Shown here piece after piece: positions 18,533 to 28,275 of a DNA stretch of 64,000 bases. The notes below the pieces were generated by a model. The model did not search any database. It was given only the letters and a program-made list of their open reading frames with translations, and was not told the DNA's origin. The stretch spans positions 14,718-78,717 of the forward strand of contig QQRW01000037.1 of the NCBI GenBank assembly GCA_003602605.1, given 5' to 3'. Made by a program: the position numbers and the translations under genes. Position 1 is the first letter of the stretch, and every line of letters starts with the position of its first letter. The stretch is from Candidatus Poseidoniales archaeon. GTDB lineage: Archaea; Thermoplasmatota; Poseidoniia; Poseidoniales; Poseidoniaceae.

Positions 18533-21500
18533 CTACACCGCCCGTAAAGATGCGGAAGCCGGTACATTGGAAGCCTTACGTATCGGCATATATGTAGCCA
18601 AGAGAACCAAAATCCATCCGCCAATGAAGACCATGAGAATTGATTCGACTGGTAAAGTAAAACTGGCACCCTGATCCTTCCAAAACGCCGTATACAGGGC
18701 GCGATGGAATCCAATCGCTACAAGAATTCCATTGGCCATGCCAAGCACACTCACCCAGGAGACTTCAATGAAGAACGACAGGAACACCATGCTTTTTCGG
18801 TAACCTAGAGCCCTAAGTATTCCAATCGATGTGCTTCGTTCTGAAACGGAGCGCACCGTAACCACTCCGATTCCTGCAATTCCGACGATGAGTCCGAGCG
18901 CGAGATAACCTTCGAAAATCCCCAACAATGCCAGAACCAGTGACTGGAGTATCAATACTTCGTCTGAAATGACAGAAACCTGAACGCCCTTTCCGTTTAA
19001 GATGGGTGTCAATTCCGATTCCATTTCAGCTGCAGTTAGACGTACATCCCGGCTCTTGCCAGCGGGCGAGAAATCTGCGATGTTGTCGTCATTAAATTGA
19101 GTTGATGGTTGAGCATTATCGGTGACGCTAACATACATCCGAGTGAGTCTCCCATCGAATTGTTCGATCACTACATCATCGTTCATCCAAACACCTGCGG
19201 AGAACAAATATGAAGATTGTTCAAGGAATCCTGCAACTTGGACATTTCGAGTGTTTCCAGGGTTGGAAATATCAATTAGCGAAATCGAATCTCCAATTGA
19301 AAAACTTAGCGTCGAAATACCGCTGCCATCGGCAATCGATTCAAGCCCAAATGATGCATCGAGAATAACCAAATCATCGCGACTTCCAACCGTCGCCCAC
19401 ACTTCTGTTTCACTCGAACCCAATGAAGAATCCCAAAGATAAAGCGGTAATCCACCGTGTGATGAGAAGGCTTCGTCAAATCCACGAACAACATATGGCA
19501 TTCGCTCACCAGACCCGTCCTCAAGGAAGACTTCTCCTCGATGAACACGTGCCACTGAATCAATCTGAGACTCAAGATTGGATGAAAGATTCCATTCAGT
19601 TATATCCTCTGAAAGAACGATTGGACTTGAGCGTGAGCCAGTGAGCAGCAATTCATACTCGCCTTCTGCTTCTTCAACAAACGAACTTGTATAGTTATCA
19701 AATTGTTCAGCATACCCACCAAGAACAATCACGGAGAAGACCGTGATTGAGAACATACCCATGACTACAGCAGTTCGAACTGGAGTCGCAAGAGGATAAG
19801 CGAGCGAAACCGGGAGCACTGGACCCCATCTTTTGGTGAGGAATTTTGATTTACCCAACCTTCGAACAATCATAGGTGCTGCACTGGTCAGCAAAAGCAC
19901 ACCTGCAAAGACTTCGACCAATCCCAAAGCGATGAAAGAGATCTCATCAGGCTCCATACCTTTCCGTACCGGGTCAATACTTGCAAGCCCAACTGTCCAA
20001 ATCAACAGCGAGATTCCTAGCCAAGCCAGTGTATTTCGGTTTGCGTGCCTCCAAAAGCCTTGCCATAATCTATTTTTATCACGGAAGAAAACTGGTAATT
20101 CCCATGTTAAAATTGGAACAGCCGATACGATTCCAAATACTCCTGTGAGCATCCAAAGGAAGTACGACATTGAAGAATTAAAACCAAAAATCACCAACAG
20201 AGAAAGGGTGAGCAAACCTCCACCAAGTGCAAGAATTTGAATCAGAACGAGGAACATCGGTATTCCATCACTGCGGGGAACTTTACCACCCTTAAGTGCA
20301 AGAAGGATATTCAATCGTGATGTCCAAAGGGCGGAGAACCACAGTGTTGTCAAAGCCAAAAGGAATCCCCACACTGCGCCTGAAAACAAAGAATTCCATT
20401 CCCATGCGAAACTGAATTGGTTCGAACCAACTGACGCAAACATGTTCTTGAAGCCAATGCTGATGAACCACGCCAAAGCAATCCCAACCAAACTTCCAAC
20501 TGCGCTGGCGAGTGCTGATAGAAGAACACCTTCTTGCACAGCGAGCGCTCTCGCATCGGATTGAGATACACCGAGTGCACGCATGGTTCCGAGTTCTGCT
20601 CGACGTGATTCTGCGAGCATCATTACAATGGTCAATACGAGGAGAATACCTGCAACAATCGTAAACGTTCCGAACACCAAGAACATGGCAGCTAAAACCC
20701 CCGATGACTCCTCAGCAATCGCTGCCGCTTCCACCTTAACTGCCCGAATATCGAGGTTTGCGCCGGTTGAGTTTGCATAATGATCGAGCCATTGAATGAT
20801 GTTCTCCGAGGATTCGTTCAAACTCCCGTTAAGGGAGAATACGACGAGAGAACGTTCATCCTCGCCACCAGAAGCAAGCATTTCACCGTCGTCGAGTGAA
20901 ACAAGGCCAAGGACAACTGAATCTAGTTCAGAAAGAGTCTCAAATCCAGCGATGTCAGCATACGAGCCGGCATAGGTGAGTTGGTGGGCTGTATCATCGC
21001 CAAATGCGTATGGAATGAGCCCCTTCACCCAAAACTCACTTTCATTCGCCTCAAGAGATAACGCCGTTAATCTTTGACTGAGTAAAACCTCACCCGGTTC
21101 AACCATTAAAGGCGAATTGCCGCCACCAAAGGCGAGATACAACTGAGGGAGTACGCCAAAACCACCTGCAGTAGAGACCACAGGGATGCGTAATGAGAGA
21201 ACTTTGTCATTCGTGGAGTCCCATCGGATGAGTCCCTCTGAAACGGAGCACCAGTGTTCAGACGGAGAAAAAAGGGTCAATGATGCCTCGCCGTTGCACA
21301 TTGGATGTAAATCAGCATCTGCACCAGGAAGGGTAACTTCAGGCCATGATGAATTCGAACCGATTTCAGTAAATTGAATGGTTGAAATCGAAGAAGTGTA
21401 TCGAGAGGATGAAAGCAAACCTTCGACTTCAAGAAACAAAGAATCGTCGCTAAGAAGATGAGTTGAAAGAATCGTTGAGGGAAGATCAATATCGAGCACG

Positions 21501-23143
21501 ATGCTGTCATGGTGACTCAAATCAAGATTGAAAGAGTGGAGGATGAGGCTGGCATTGTGTTCTTCTAAGGCCCACCAACCATTGCTGGCTTGAGCAACAG
21601 AACGAAAATTACCTGTTGATGAATAGGATGCCCATGTATCGTCATCAAGTTCACCTTCGTAACCAACAATGAGTTCTCCGTCGGTCGCAATGAGTCCGTA
21701 TTGGCCTGAACCATCGAGGGTGAAATCGTTGACAATTCCAGAATCTGTGACCCTCCAAACCCAAGCTGCACCATCACCTTCAATTTGAAAACCAGCCCCG
21801 CTTGGAGTGAAATGCCAAAGTCCACGTTGCCCAGCCCAAAGTTCAGTGATCTCGGAATCGGCAAGGGTAAGAATTTGCTGATTTTCGTACTCCATTTCAA
21901 CCATTGGCACTTGAAGGACCTCCATCATCGATGCGTCCGGTGAAAGAACAGTCATGTTCTCACGGAGACCTCGGACCAATTCACCTGAAAGCCGTCCTAA
22001 CCCTTGTGAAGATGAAAGCGTCATCGAATTCGTGGAAGTATCAATGTCAAGAGAGAGGCCTACATCCTCGGCGCGAATGTACTGGTCAAGTACTGTTTGC
22101 AATTCATCAAGTACAGGTTGAATCTGCTCTGCCTGTTCGTGTTTGTCATCAACAGCATAGTATAAAGTGTTGATTTTTCCGACCATTTTCTGCATGGATT
22201 GAGCTGTTTTTAAGTCGGTAAAAAGAGCGGGGGCTTGCGTTCCTGCAGATGCCCCTTGGCCTTGATTAGCGACGACTGAATGGACTTCAACTTGTGCTTC
22301 AATACGTTTCCGTTGCCCGTCGTCAGTCACATACCATCCTAAATCAAAACGATCACCCTCCACTAGATTCAATTCATCTGCCAGAACTTGATTGACAGCG
22401 ACTTGGTACTGTTGGGAGAAAAAGTTCGCTTCATTGAGAGTTGAATATCGAATGCCATCGCCGGATGTGCCAATCTTAGGCCAATGCTCGAGTGAATCTA
22501 TCGAACTGTTCATCGCCATCCAAGTAACTCCGGTAAGTGATGACGCATTTGACGAAGTACTTACTGAGGCGACAATTCCTTGTTGCTGAGCCTGGATTGA
22601 TGAAGCTAGAATACTGTTCGATTGCACCCCTTGCCAAACCTCATTCGCCAATACTTCAGTGAGCGTGACTCTCTCACCTTTTGAAAGGTCAAAACCTGAA
22701 ACGGTTATGTCCGTTTCACCCCATGCGCCTTCAACCTCGTTTCGTACAGTAGCATCCAGTGAATCACCAACAATCATCGATGAAGTTATGATCGCCGAGG
22801 CGACAATTAATCCAACCATCAGTAATGCTGCTTGGCGTTTGCGACGAACAATGTTCTTGGTTGCCAACCTCCAAACCACCAACCTTTGAGGGACCAGCAT
22901 AGGTTGAAGCAAGATATGACTCATCACACCAAGTGCGAACGACCCCGCCCATAGAGTGGCACCTGAAACAGAAATCCAGTTAAGGAAAAAGTAGGCGATG
23001 TAGGCATCGACAACCGGTGCGAAAATCAGCAGAAAAATTCTCAATGCTCCAAGTTGCTTCCACCTTCCAATACCAAAAGTCGATACTGCGCTCAACAGTC
23101 CAACCATGATAAAAAGTGAAAGCATTTCAAGAAACAGTCTCAT
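18533..23143 (-). CDS. ABC transporter permease, MacB/FtsX (LolC/E-like) family, two fused FtsX halves
   Basis: LATKNIVRRKRQAALL N-terminal motif; two FtsX motifs (ESRRAELGTMRALG and ERSTSIGILRALG); very large extracellular loops. Confidence 0.85.
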   Translation of the reverse strand: MRLFLEMLSLFIMVGLLSAVSTFGIGRWKQLGALRIFLLIFAPVVDAYIAYFFLNWISVSGATLWAGSFALGVMSHILLQPMLVPQRLVVWRLATKNIVRRKRQAALLMVGLIVASAIITSSMIVGDSLDATVRNEVEGAWGETDITVSGFDLSKGERVTLTEVLANEVWQGVQSNSILASSIQAQQQGIVASVSTSSNASSLTGVTWMAMNSSIDSLEHWPKIGTSGDGIRYSTLNEANFFSQQYQVAVNQVLADELNLVEGDRFDLGWYVTDDGQRKRIEAQVEVHSVVANQGQGASAGTQAPALFTDLKTAQSMQKMVGKINTLYYAVDDKHEQAEQIQPVLDELQTVLDQYIRAEDVGLSLDIDTSTNSMTLSSSQGLGRLSGELVRGLRENMTVLSPDASMMEVLQVPMVEMEYENQQILTLADSEITELWAGQRGLWHFTPSGAGFQIEGDGAAWVWRVTDSGIVNDFTLDGSGQYGLIATDGELIVGYEGELDDDTWASYSSTGNFRSVAQASNGWWALEEHNASLILHSFNLDLSHHDSIVLDIDLPSTILSTHLLSDDSLFLEVEGLLSSSRYTSSISTIQFTEIGSNSSWPEVTLPGADADLHPMCNGEASLTLFSPSEHWCSVSEGLIRWDSTNDKVLSLRIPVVSTAGGFGVLPQLYLAFGGGNSPLMVEPGEVLLSQRLTALSLEANESEFWVKGLIPYAFGDDTAHQLTYAGSYADIAGFETLSELDSVVLGLVSLDDGEMLASGGEDERSLVVFSLNGSLNESSENIIQWLDHYANSTGANLDIRAVKVEAAAIAEESSGVLAAMFLVFGTFTIVAGILLVLTIVMMLAESRRAELGTMRALGVSQSDARALAVQEGVLLSALASAVGSLVGIALAWFISIGFKNMFASVGSNQFSFAWEWNSLFSGAVWGFLLALTTLWFSALWTSRLNILLALKGGKVPRSDGIPMFLVLIQILALGGGLLTLSLLVIFGFNSSMSYFLWMLTGVFGIVSAVPILTWELPVFFRDKNRLWQGFWRHANRNTLAWLGISLLIWTVGLASIDPVRKGMEPDEISFIALGLVEVFAGVLLLTSAAPMIVRRLGKSKFLTKRWGPVLPVSLAYPLATPVRTAVVMGMFSITVFSVIVLGGYAEQFDNYTSSFVEEAEGEYELLLTGSRSSPIVLSEDITEWNLSSNLESQIDSVARVHRGEVFLEDGSGERMPYVVRGFDEAFSSHGGLPLYLWDSSLGSSETEVWATVGSRDDLVILDASFGLESIADGSGISTLSFSIGDSISLIDISNPGNTRNVQVAGFLEQSSYLFSAGVWMNDDVVIEQFDGRLTRMYVSVTDNAQPSTQFNDDNIADFSPAGKSRDVRLTAAEMESELTPILNGKGVQVSVISDEVLILQSLVLALLGIFEGYLALGLIVGIAGIGVVTVRSVSERSTSIGILRALGYRKSMVFLSFFIEVSWVSVLGMANGILVAIGFHRALYTAFWKDQGASFTLPVESILMVFIGGWILVLLATYMPIRKASNVPASASLRAV

Positions 23144-23835
23144 TCCTCCTCATTACGACGATCTTCGACGATCGTTCCATCCAACATCTGCAATGTCCGA
23201 GTACATCGCTCAGCAATCATCGCATCGTGGGTCACGATGAGGAAAGTCGTGTTGCGTTCATGATTCAATTTGTGAAGCAACTCAAGAACTTCAAATGAGG
23301 TTACGGAGTCAAGGTTACCTGTCGGCTCATCACAGAGAATAACCGCTGGATTGTGTACAAGTGCACGTGCTACCGCAACTCGTTGTTGTTGACCGCCTGA
23401 CAGTTCCGAAGGGAGGTGCTCAGATCTTTCGGATAGACCAACCGATTGGAGTGCCTCTAGAGCTCCTTTACGCGCTTCAGAAGCAGACCTTCCGAGCAAG
23501 AGGAGTGGTAACTCTACATTTTCAACAGCGGAGAGTACTGGGAGCAAATTGAAGTCCTGAAAAATGAATCCTAGATATTCTGCACGCATGCGAGTACGTT
23601 TGTTATCAGAAATTCCAAACAGTGGTTCTCCGTTAACCTGTACATCACCAGAATTAGGCTCATCGATTCCGGAAAGAATGTTGAGAAGAGTTGTTTTCCC
23701 GCATCCCGAAGGACCCATGATTGCAACCATCTCGCCTGCATCAATACTTACATCGACACCTTTGACTGCCTGAACAGTAGATTCCCCCGATGGGTAGATT
23801 TTCCAAACACCTGTCGCTTTCATCACGGGGCCCAT
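23140..23835 (-). CDS. ABC transporter ATP-binding protein, LolD/MacB family
   Basis: GPSGCGKT, LSGGQQQRVAVARAL, ILCDEPTGNLD, VTHD. ATGA overlap with the permease. Confidence 0.95.
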   Translation of the reverse strand: MGPVMKATGVWKIYPSGESTVQAVKGVDVSIDAGEMVAIMGPSGCGKTTLLNILSGIDEPNSGDVQVNGEPLFGISDNKRTRMRAEYLGFIFQDFNLLPVLSAVENVELPLLLLGRSASEARKGALEALQSVGLSERSEHLPSELSGGQQQRVAVARALVHNPAVILCDEPTGNLDSVTSFEVLELLHKLNHERNTTFLIVTHDAMIAERCTRTLQMLDGTIVEDRRNEEE

Positions 23836-23886
23836 ACAATGAGGACAGCCGAATGCGTTGATAAACTACCGCTTCAAAGCATCAAC

Positions 23887-24138
23887 ATGAACGATGGAGA
23901 GCCACACAGCATCATCGTTCTCACCTTCGGCCCGCTTGCAGAAAAACTCGGTTGGAAAAGAAAGGAACACTTGATTCGACAGAACACATCGATTTCTGAT
24001 GTGGTCGAATCGATCGGGCTTACTTTGAATCAGCAGAAAGGGCTTCTCTTTGCCGTGAATGGCTCACAATGTAAGAGCGATGTAAAACTACAGCCTGGAG
24101 ATGAATTAGCATTGCTCCCGCCCGTATCTGGTGGATAA
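23887..24138 (+). CDS. MoaD/ThiS-family ubiquitin-like sulfur carrier (SAMP-like)
   Basis: AVNG...LQPGDELALLPPVSGG with C-terminal diglycine; ~83 aa. Confidence 0.85.
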   Translation: MNDGEPHSIIVLTFGPLAEKLGWKRKEHLIRQNTSISDVVESIGLTLNQQKGLLFAVNGSQCKSDVKLQPGDELALLPPVSGG

Positions 24139-24210
24139 TTGGAAAAAAACGGGAATGTTTGGCCGAAGAGTTCAACACTACCCCCGCAGTGCACATACCG
24201 AGGAAGAAGC

Positions 24211-24513
24211 ATGATTGGCGGCTTGGGACCACTTGAACTCACGATATTGGTCGGCTTATTCTTCGTACTGTTTGGTGCAGAACGATTGCCGAAAATGGCT
24301 AATGCACTCGGGCGCTCCAAGGGTGAGTTCCAAAAAGGACTTACCGACACATCTCGAACAATTACCGATTTGGAAGCGGGCGGTAAAACTCCAAACCAGA
24401 TACTCAGCGAAAGGGCTCGCGCAGTTGGCATTGACCCAGCAGGAATGGATATTGATGAACTGGAACGCAAGACTAGTGCATTGGAGAATCTCAACTCCAG
24501 CGGTGAAGAATAA
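24211..24513 (+). CDS. tatA: Twin-arginine translocase TatA/E subunit
   Basis: GLGPLELTILVGLFFVLFGAERLPKMANALGRSKGEFQKG: TM, FG hinge and amphipathic helix. Confidence 0.9.
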   Translation: MIGGLGPLELTILVGLFFVLFGAERLPKMANALGRSKGEFQKGLTDTSRTITDLEAGGKTPNQILSERARAVGIDPAGMDIDELERKTSALENLNSSGEE

Positions 24514-25005
24514 TCAGCGCTTTCTCTTGAGAACAAGCGCCGCACCACATCGGTCGCAGTCACCCACATCACCCTTTTTTGAACGAGCAACATCTTCTGG
24601 AACTTCTGTCGTGTGCCTGCAACCGGTACATCGTCGAATCCAAGTCCATACCTGTTGCGCCCCTTTAGTGTCGACTGAACTGGATTCATGCCCAGAGAAT
24701 TTCATTGTGTTCTGAAGGCGATAATCATCCGTAACGAGCGGCAACTCAAGTCCAAGTGCCAAAGCTAAGACTTCTAAATCGACATCCGAAAGCCGGGGAA
24801 GGTCACCGCTTTGAGCTGCGCATTCCTTAGCATGGGCCATCCAAGTTGCATCAGCGATGCGCCAATCGATATCTAAGGCTTGAACCAACATCCACCGTTG
24901 GGGGCTTACACGTTCCAGTTCGGCCTGTTGAGCAACCGAACAAATGTTGCCGTTCAATTCATCAGCCGGCCAGTGCAATAAAGCGGCTGTGTCGAGTACT
25001 CGCAT
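24514..25005 (-). CDS. nob1: Nob1-family endonuclease (PIN domain + Zn ribbon)
   Basis: VLDTAA, LSDVD, LVTDDYRLQN, CTGC...CDRCG. Confidence 0.85.
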   Translation of the reverse strand: MRVLDTAALLHWPADELNGNICSVAQQAELERVSPQRWMLVQALDIDWRIADATWMAHAKECAAQSGDLPRLSDVDLEVLALALGLELPLVTDDYRLQNTMKFSGHESSSVDTKGAQQVWTWIRRCTGCRHTTEVPEDVARSKKGDVGDCDRCGAALVLKRKR

Positions 25006-25085
25006 CAAGGCAGATACCGACGAATGTACTCCTTGAAGTCACCGCACACCCACACCTTCATGGCTATGAGTATGAAGGGGGCAAC

Positions 25086-25709
25086 ATGTCATGGAAGCAG
25101 TCAATACTCGACTTCTTCGACATCTTTGGCCCTGCGAGTTTGGCTGTACTCTCATTTACCGAATCCATAATTCAACCAATCCCCCCTGATTTGTTGTATA
25201 TTCCAATGTTGGCAGATGCCATTGGAAACACACCACTTGTCGTTTGGTTGTGGCTCACCGTCACTGTTTCATCAGTCGCGGGCTCGCTTGTTGGTTACTG
25301 GGTTGGGAAGCGATGGGGGCGCTCATTCATAGGGAAGTTCTCAAAACAGTCTCACCTCGATAAAATTGAGGCACTCACCATACGTTACGGAACATTTGGA
25401 ATATTCATAGCAGCCTTTTCACCGATACCATACAAGGTGTTTGGTTGGTTTGCTGGGATGGGTGAAATGGAAAAGAAGCCTTTCATCATCGCCGGATTGT
25501 TTGGGAGAGGACTTCGTTTTGGACTTGAGGCGATCTTGATTGGAATCTACGGCAATACCGCCATTGATTCTATCAATTGGTTTCTCGATAACGAAATTGT
25601 TCTCGGAGTAGGGATGATACTTGCTGCAATACCGACCTGGTACATCTGGAAATGGTGGTCGGGAATCCAACTCGAAGCAATTCGCAAAGATACTGACTCC
25701 GTGGAGTGA
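25086..25709 (+). CDS. DedA/YqaA (VTT domain) membrane protein
   Basis: SFTESIIQPIPPD, GSLVGYWVG, FSPIPYKVF, GRGLRF. Confidence 0.85.
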   Translation: MSWKQSILDFFDIFGPASLAVLSFTESIIQPIPPDLLYIPMLADAIGNTPLVVWLWLTVTVSSVAGSLVGYWVGKRWGRSFIGKFSKQSHLDKIEALTIRYGTFGIFIAAFSPIPYKVFGWFAGMGEMEKKPFIIAGLFGRGLRFGLEAILIGIYGNTAIDSINWFLDNEIVLGVGMILAAIPTWYIWKWWSGIQLEAIRKDTDSVE

Positions 25710-25769
25710 TACATCGCCACATTTCATGGTGCGAATCATTATCAAGGGGTGGTCGGTGGACTGGCTGTC

Positions 25770-25844
25770 GCTCGTGTGGTGTAGCTAGGTCCATCATAGT
25801 GGGTTTTCATCCCGCCGACCCGGGTTCGAATCCCGGCACGAGCA
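25770..25844 (+). tRNA. tRNA-Glu (anticodon TTC), no intron, CCA not encoded
   Basis: Acceptor GCTCGTG/CACGAGC; anticodon arm GTGGG-TTTTCAT-CCCGC with TTC at 25806-25808; T arm CCGGG-TTCGAAT-CCCGG. Confidence 0.95.
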
Positions 25845-26121
25845 CTCAACAGAATTTCTGCGCCGCAGTAATGCTTTTTTGCTTACTCGCATGAGATGGA
25901 ATCTCACCGTTCAATCATTAGAATTGGATGGTCATGATGTCTGACACTACCAAATCGGAAAGTGTTTGCACCCGGGTTCGAGCCCCCAAAAACTCGATTG
26001 TAAGGAAGAGAAATAACATTGCTCAGCCGATACACATGAAGATCAATGCACAGCTAATGCACGGCACATAGAACTGAAGTAAAGGGTACCAGAGTGCAGA
26101 GCAACGCCATTACGAATTTGC

Positions 26122-27429
26122 TCAATCATCATCGGTGTCGAACATTGTAAGGGTCTTTGATAACTCAATTGCTCGGTTATCCAAATCCGCACGCTCATCT
26201 TTGCTAAGTCCAGTATCTCGTAGCGACTCTTGAATCTGTTCAAGTTCCTCTCGAGCATCATCACGTTGCTTACGAAGGTTCCTGTCTTCGCGAGTCATCT
26301 GACGCTTGGCTGCTAGCTGACGGCTCTCCTTGGAGCGCGCATCGCCGGAGAGCATCTCATCATCTTCGCCAGAGAGTTCGACCGCTGTTGGGAACGGTAT
26401 ACGAATGTGTTCTTGTTCAAATCGTTCATCCAACGACTTCAACAGCCAATCACGAGTAACCCACTCATCACTGTAATCTGCAACCCAAGTGTACAAGCGC
26501 AGAACTTTTGCGAAGTCGCCAAGTTCAACAAGAAGGACACGAGGTTCTGGTGACTCAATGGTGTAAGGACAGTCTCGAGCTAATTTGAGCATTGTGACTT
26601 TGACGTGGTCAATACTTTCGCGGTAATCAACTCCGATGTCAACAACCACTGAAATTCTTCTCGCAATTCCATCCCCGCCGCCACGAGCGTGGTTCACTAA
26701 GGTAGAGGAGATAAGTGAATTGTTTGGAATAACCACGAGTTTTTCATCCCGATCCAAAATCTTCGTTGAAAGTATACCCATTGAGATAACTGTTCCAATC
26801 ATTCCCTCCACTTCAATACGGTCTCCAACCTCAAACGGCCGATCAACTGCAAGCATGAAAGAATTGACAATATTACCAAGTGTTTGTTGAACTGCCAATC
26901 CGATAATGAGAGAGAAAACCGCCAATGAGGCAAAAAGTCCGAGCAGTTCAATGTTGAGTTCATTCAGCGCTAAATTTAGTCCTATGAAGTAAGTAACTGC
27001 ACGCAAGAGGAACACAATGAGAGGATTACCTCCGGATACTGTAACGCTTGACTTAGCTGTAAAGCGTCCGAGAATGACTGGCACGAGGTGTTTAATCCCA
27101 GTGCTCAAAATTGAAGTTGTCGTCATAATATAAATGACGCTGAAATACGGATACATTGACTCGAGTAATTCTGAATTAGAATCAGTTACCCAAACTCCGG
27201 AAAGCTGAATCCCCGCAACGACGACGAAAAAGTAGAGTCTATTGGACAACGGTTGAATGAGGGCATCATCCCATTGTGCTTTCGAACGAGTAACGAGATT
27301 ACGGAACGGTCGTACGATCAAGTACTTGCAAAAAGCAAGTGCAAAAAACATCAAGCCTATGCAGATGCCGATTTTTGGAAGCGTATCTAATGCATCAATC
27401 TGCTCGAGATACTCGTCAATGGTAGACAT
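26122..27429 (-). CDS. Small-conductance mechanosensitive channel (MscS family) with C-terminal coiled coil
   Basis: IIGLAVQQTLGNIVNS, DRPFEVGDRIEV, VVIPNN, IRIPFP. Confidence 0.9.
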   Translation of the reverse strand: MSTIDEYLEQIDALDTLPKIGICIGLMFFALAFCKYLIVRPFRNLVTRSKAQWDDALIQPLSNRLYFFVVVAGIQLSGVWVTDSNSELLESMYPYFSVIYIMTTTSILSTGIKHLVPVILGRFTAKSSVTVSGGNPLIVFLLRAVTYFIGLNLALNELNIELLGLFASLAVFSLIIGLAVQQTLGNIVNSFMLAVDRPFEVGDRIEVEGMIGTVISMGILSTKILDRDEKLVVIPNNSLISSTLVNHARGGGDGIARRISVVVDIGVDYRESIDHVKVTMLKLARDCPYTIESPEPRVLLVELGDFAKVLRLYTWVADYSDEWVTRDWLLKSLDERFEQEHIRIPFPTAVELSGEDDEMLSGDARSKESRQLAAKRQMTREDRNLRKQRDDAREELEQIQESLRDTGLSKDERADLDNRAIELSKTLTMFDTDDD

Positions 27430-27552
27430 GTCGTTCAGTTCGTTGGCTGGCGTGCCCTTTACAAAACTACCCCATGATAAATCACCTAAGTACTATCAAG
27501 AATGGTATAAACTATATCTTCGCACATTGAGGCCTGTTATAACGGGGTGCTC

Positions 27553-28227
27553 ATGATGGACGGATTGAAGTATTTTCAACTCCAAATGCCGGTTGAAAAA
27601 GGGTCCCATCTCCCTGGCGCAAGTATCATGAATTACTTCACCAAAGTGGAATATATTAGCACGGTGAACACAACCAAAATACCAGCAAGCTATGTATTCC
27701 TTGTAGAGTTTAATAATCCGGCCGTATTTGATAATGGAGTGAACCTTGATTTGAGTTTTCAAATCGAGGAAATTTTGTTCCAAGATGAATCATATGCATA
27801 TATTGTCGCTAAATTGCCGGGTCCGTTGGGTTCATTGGTTCAAGGTGTCAAAGGTTGTTGGTTTACAGCACCGACTTCCTTATCCCTCGAAAATGGTTTA
27901 TTATGGACGGTTCAGGGAACCCCTATCGGTCTTAAAGAAGCACGTGATTTACTCGTGCAAATCGTACCTGGTGATTTGAAGATGCGCATTAGTAAAACTG
28001 TGGCATCAGATTGGATTAGCGCACCTCGACTTCCTCCACGCCGGCACGAAGTGATGAAAACTGCCGTTGAATTGGGGTATTACTCTACCCCTCGAGGATG
28101 CACTCAGCGAGATATTGCAGACACGCTTGGAATCCGTCAAGGGACCGTCGCCGAGCACCTTCAATCGGCAGAAGGTTCCATCATCAATTCATGGTCCAAG
28201 CAAGCCACGGACTCATCTTTCCGCTGA
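27553..28227 (+). CDS. Transcriptional regulator with C-terminal bacterio-opsin-activator-type HTH (HTH_10)
   Basis: RRHEVMKTAVELGYYSTPRGCTQRDIADTLGIRQGTVAEHLQSAE. Confidence 0.85.
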   Translation: MMDGLKYFQLQMPVEKGSHLPGASIMNYFTKVEYISTVNTTKIPASYVFLVEFNNPAVFDNGVNLDLSFQIEEILFQDESYAYIVAKLPGPLGSLVQGVKGCWFTAPTSLSLENGLLWTVQGTPIGLKEARDLLVQIVPGDLKMRISKTVASDWISAPRLPPRRHEVMKTAVELGYYSTPRGCTQRDIADTLGIRQGTVAEHLQSAEGSIINSWSKQATDSSFR

Positions 28228-28275
28228 GCGAGCAAAAAACACAAGTTTGCTCTACGGGCACTATTTGGTTAACAA

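Noticed and set aside
23887..25005. SAMP-TatA-Nob1 as a functional system
   Set aside because: Mixed orientation and unrelated housekeeping roles; no E1 or JAMM partner nearby.
24846..25085. N-terminal extension of the DedA ORF
   Set aside because: Overlaps nob1 on the opposite strand; family similarity begins at Met 25086.
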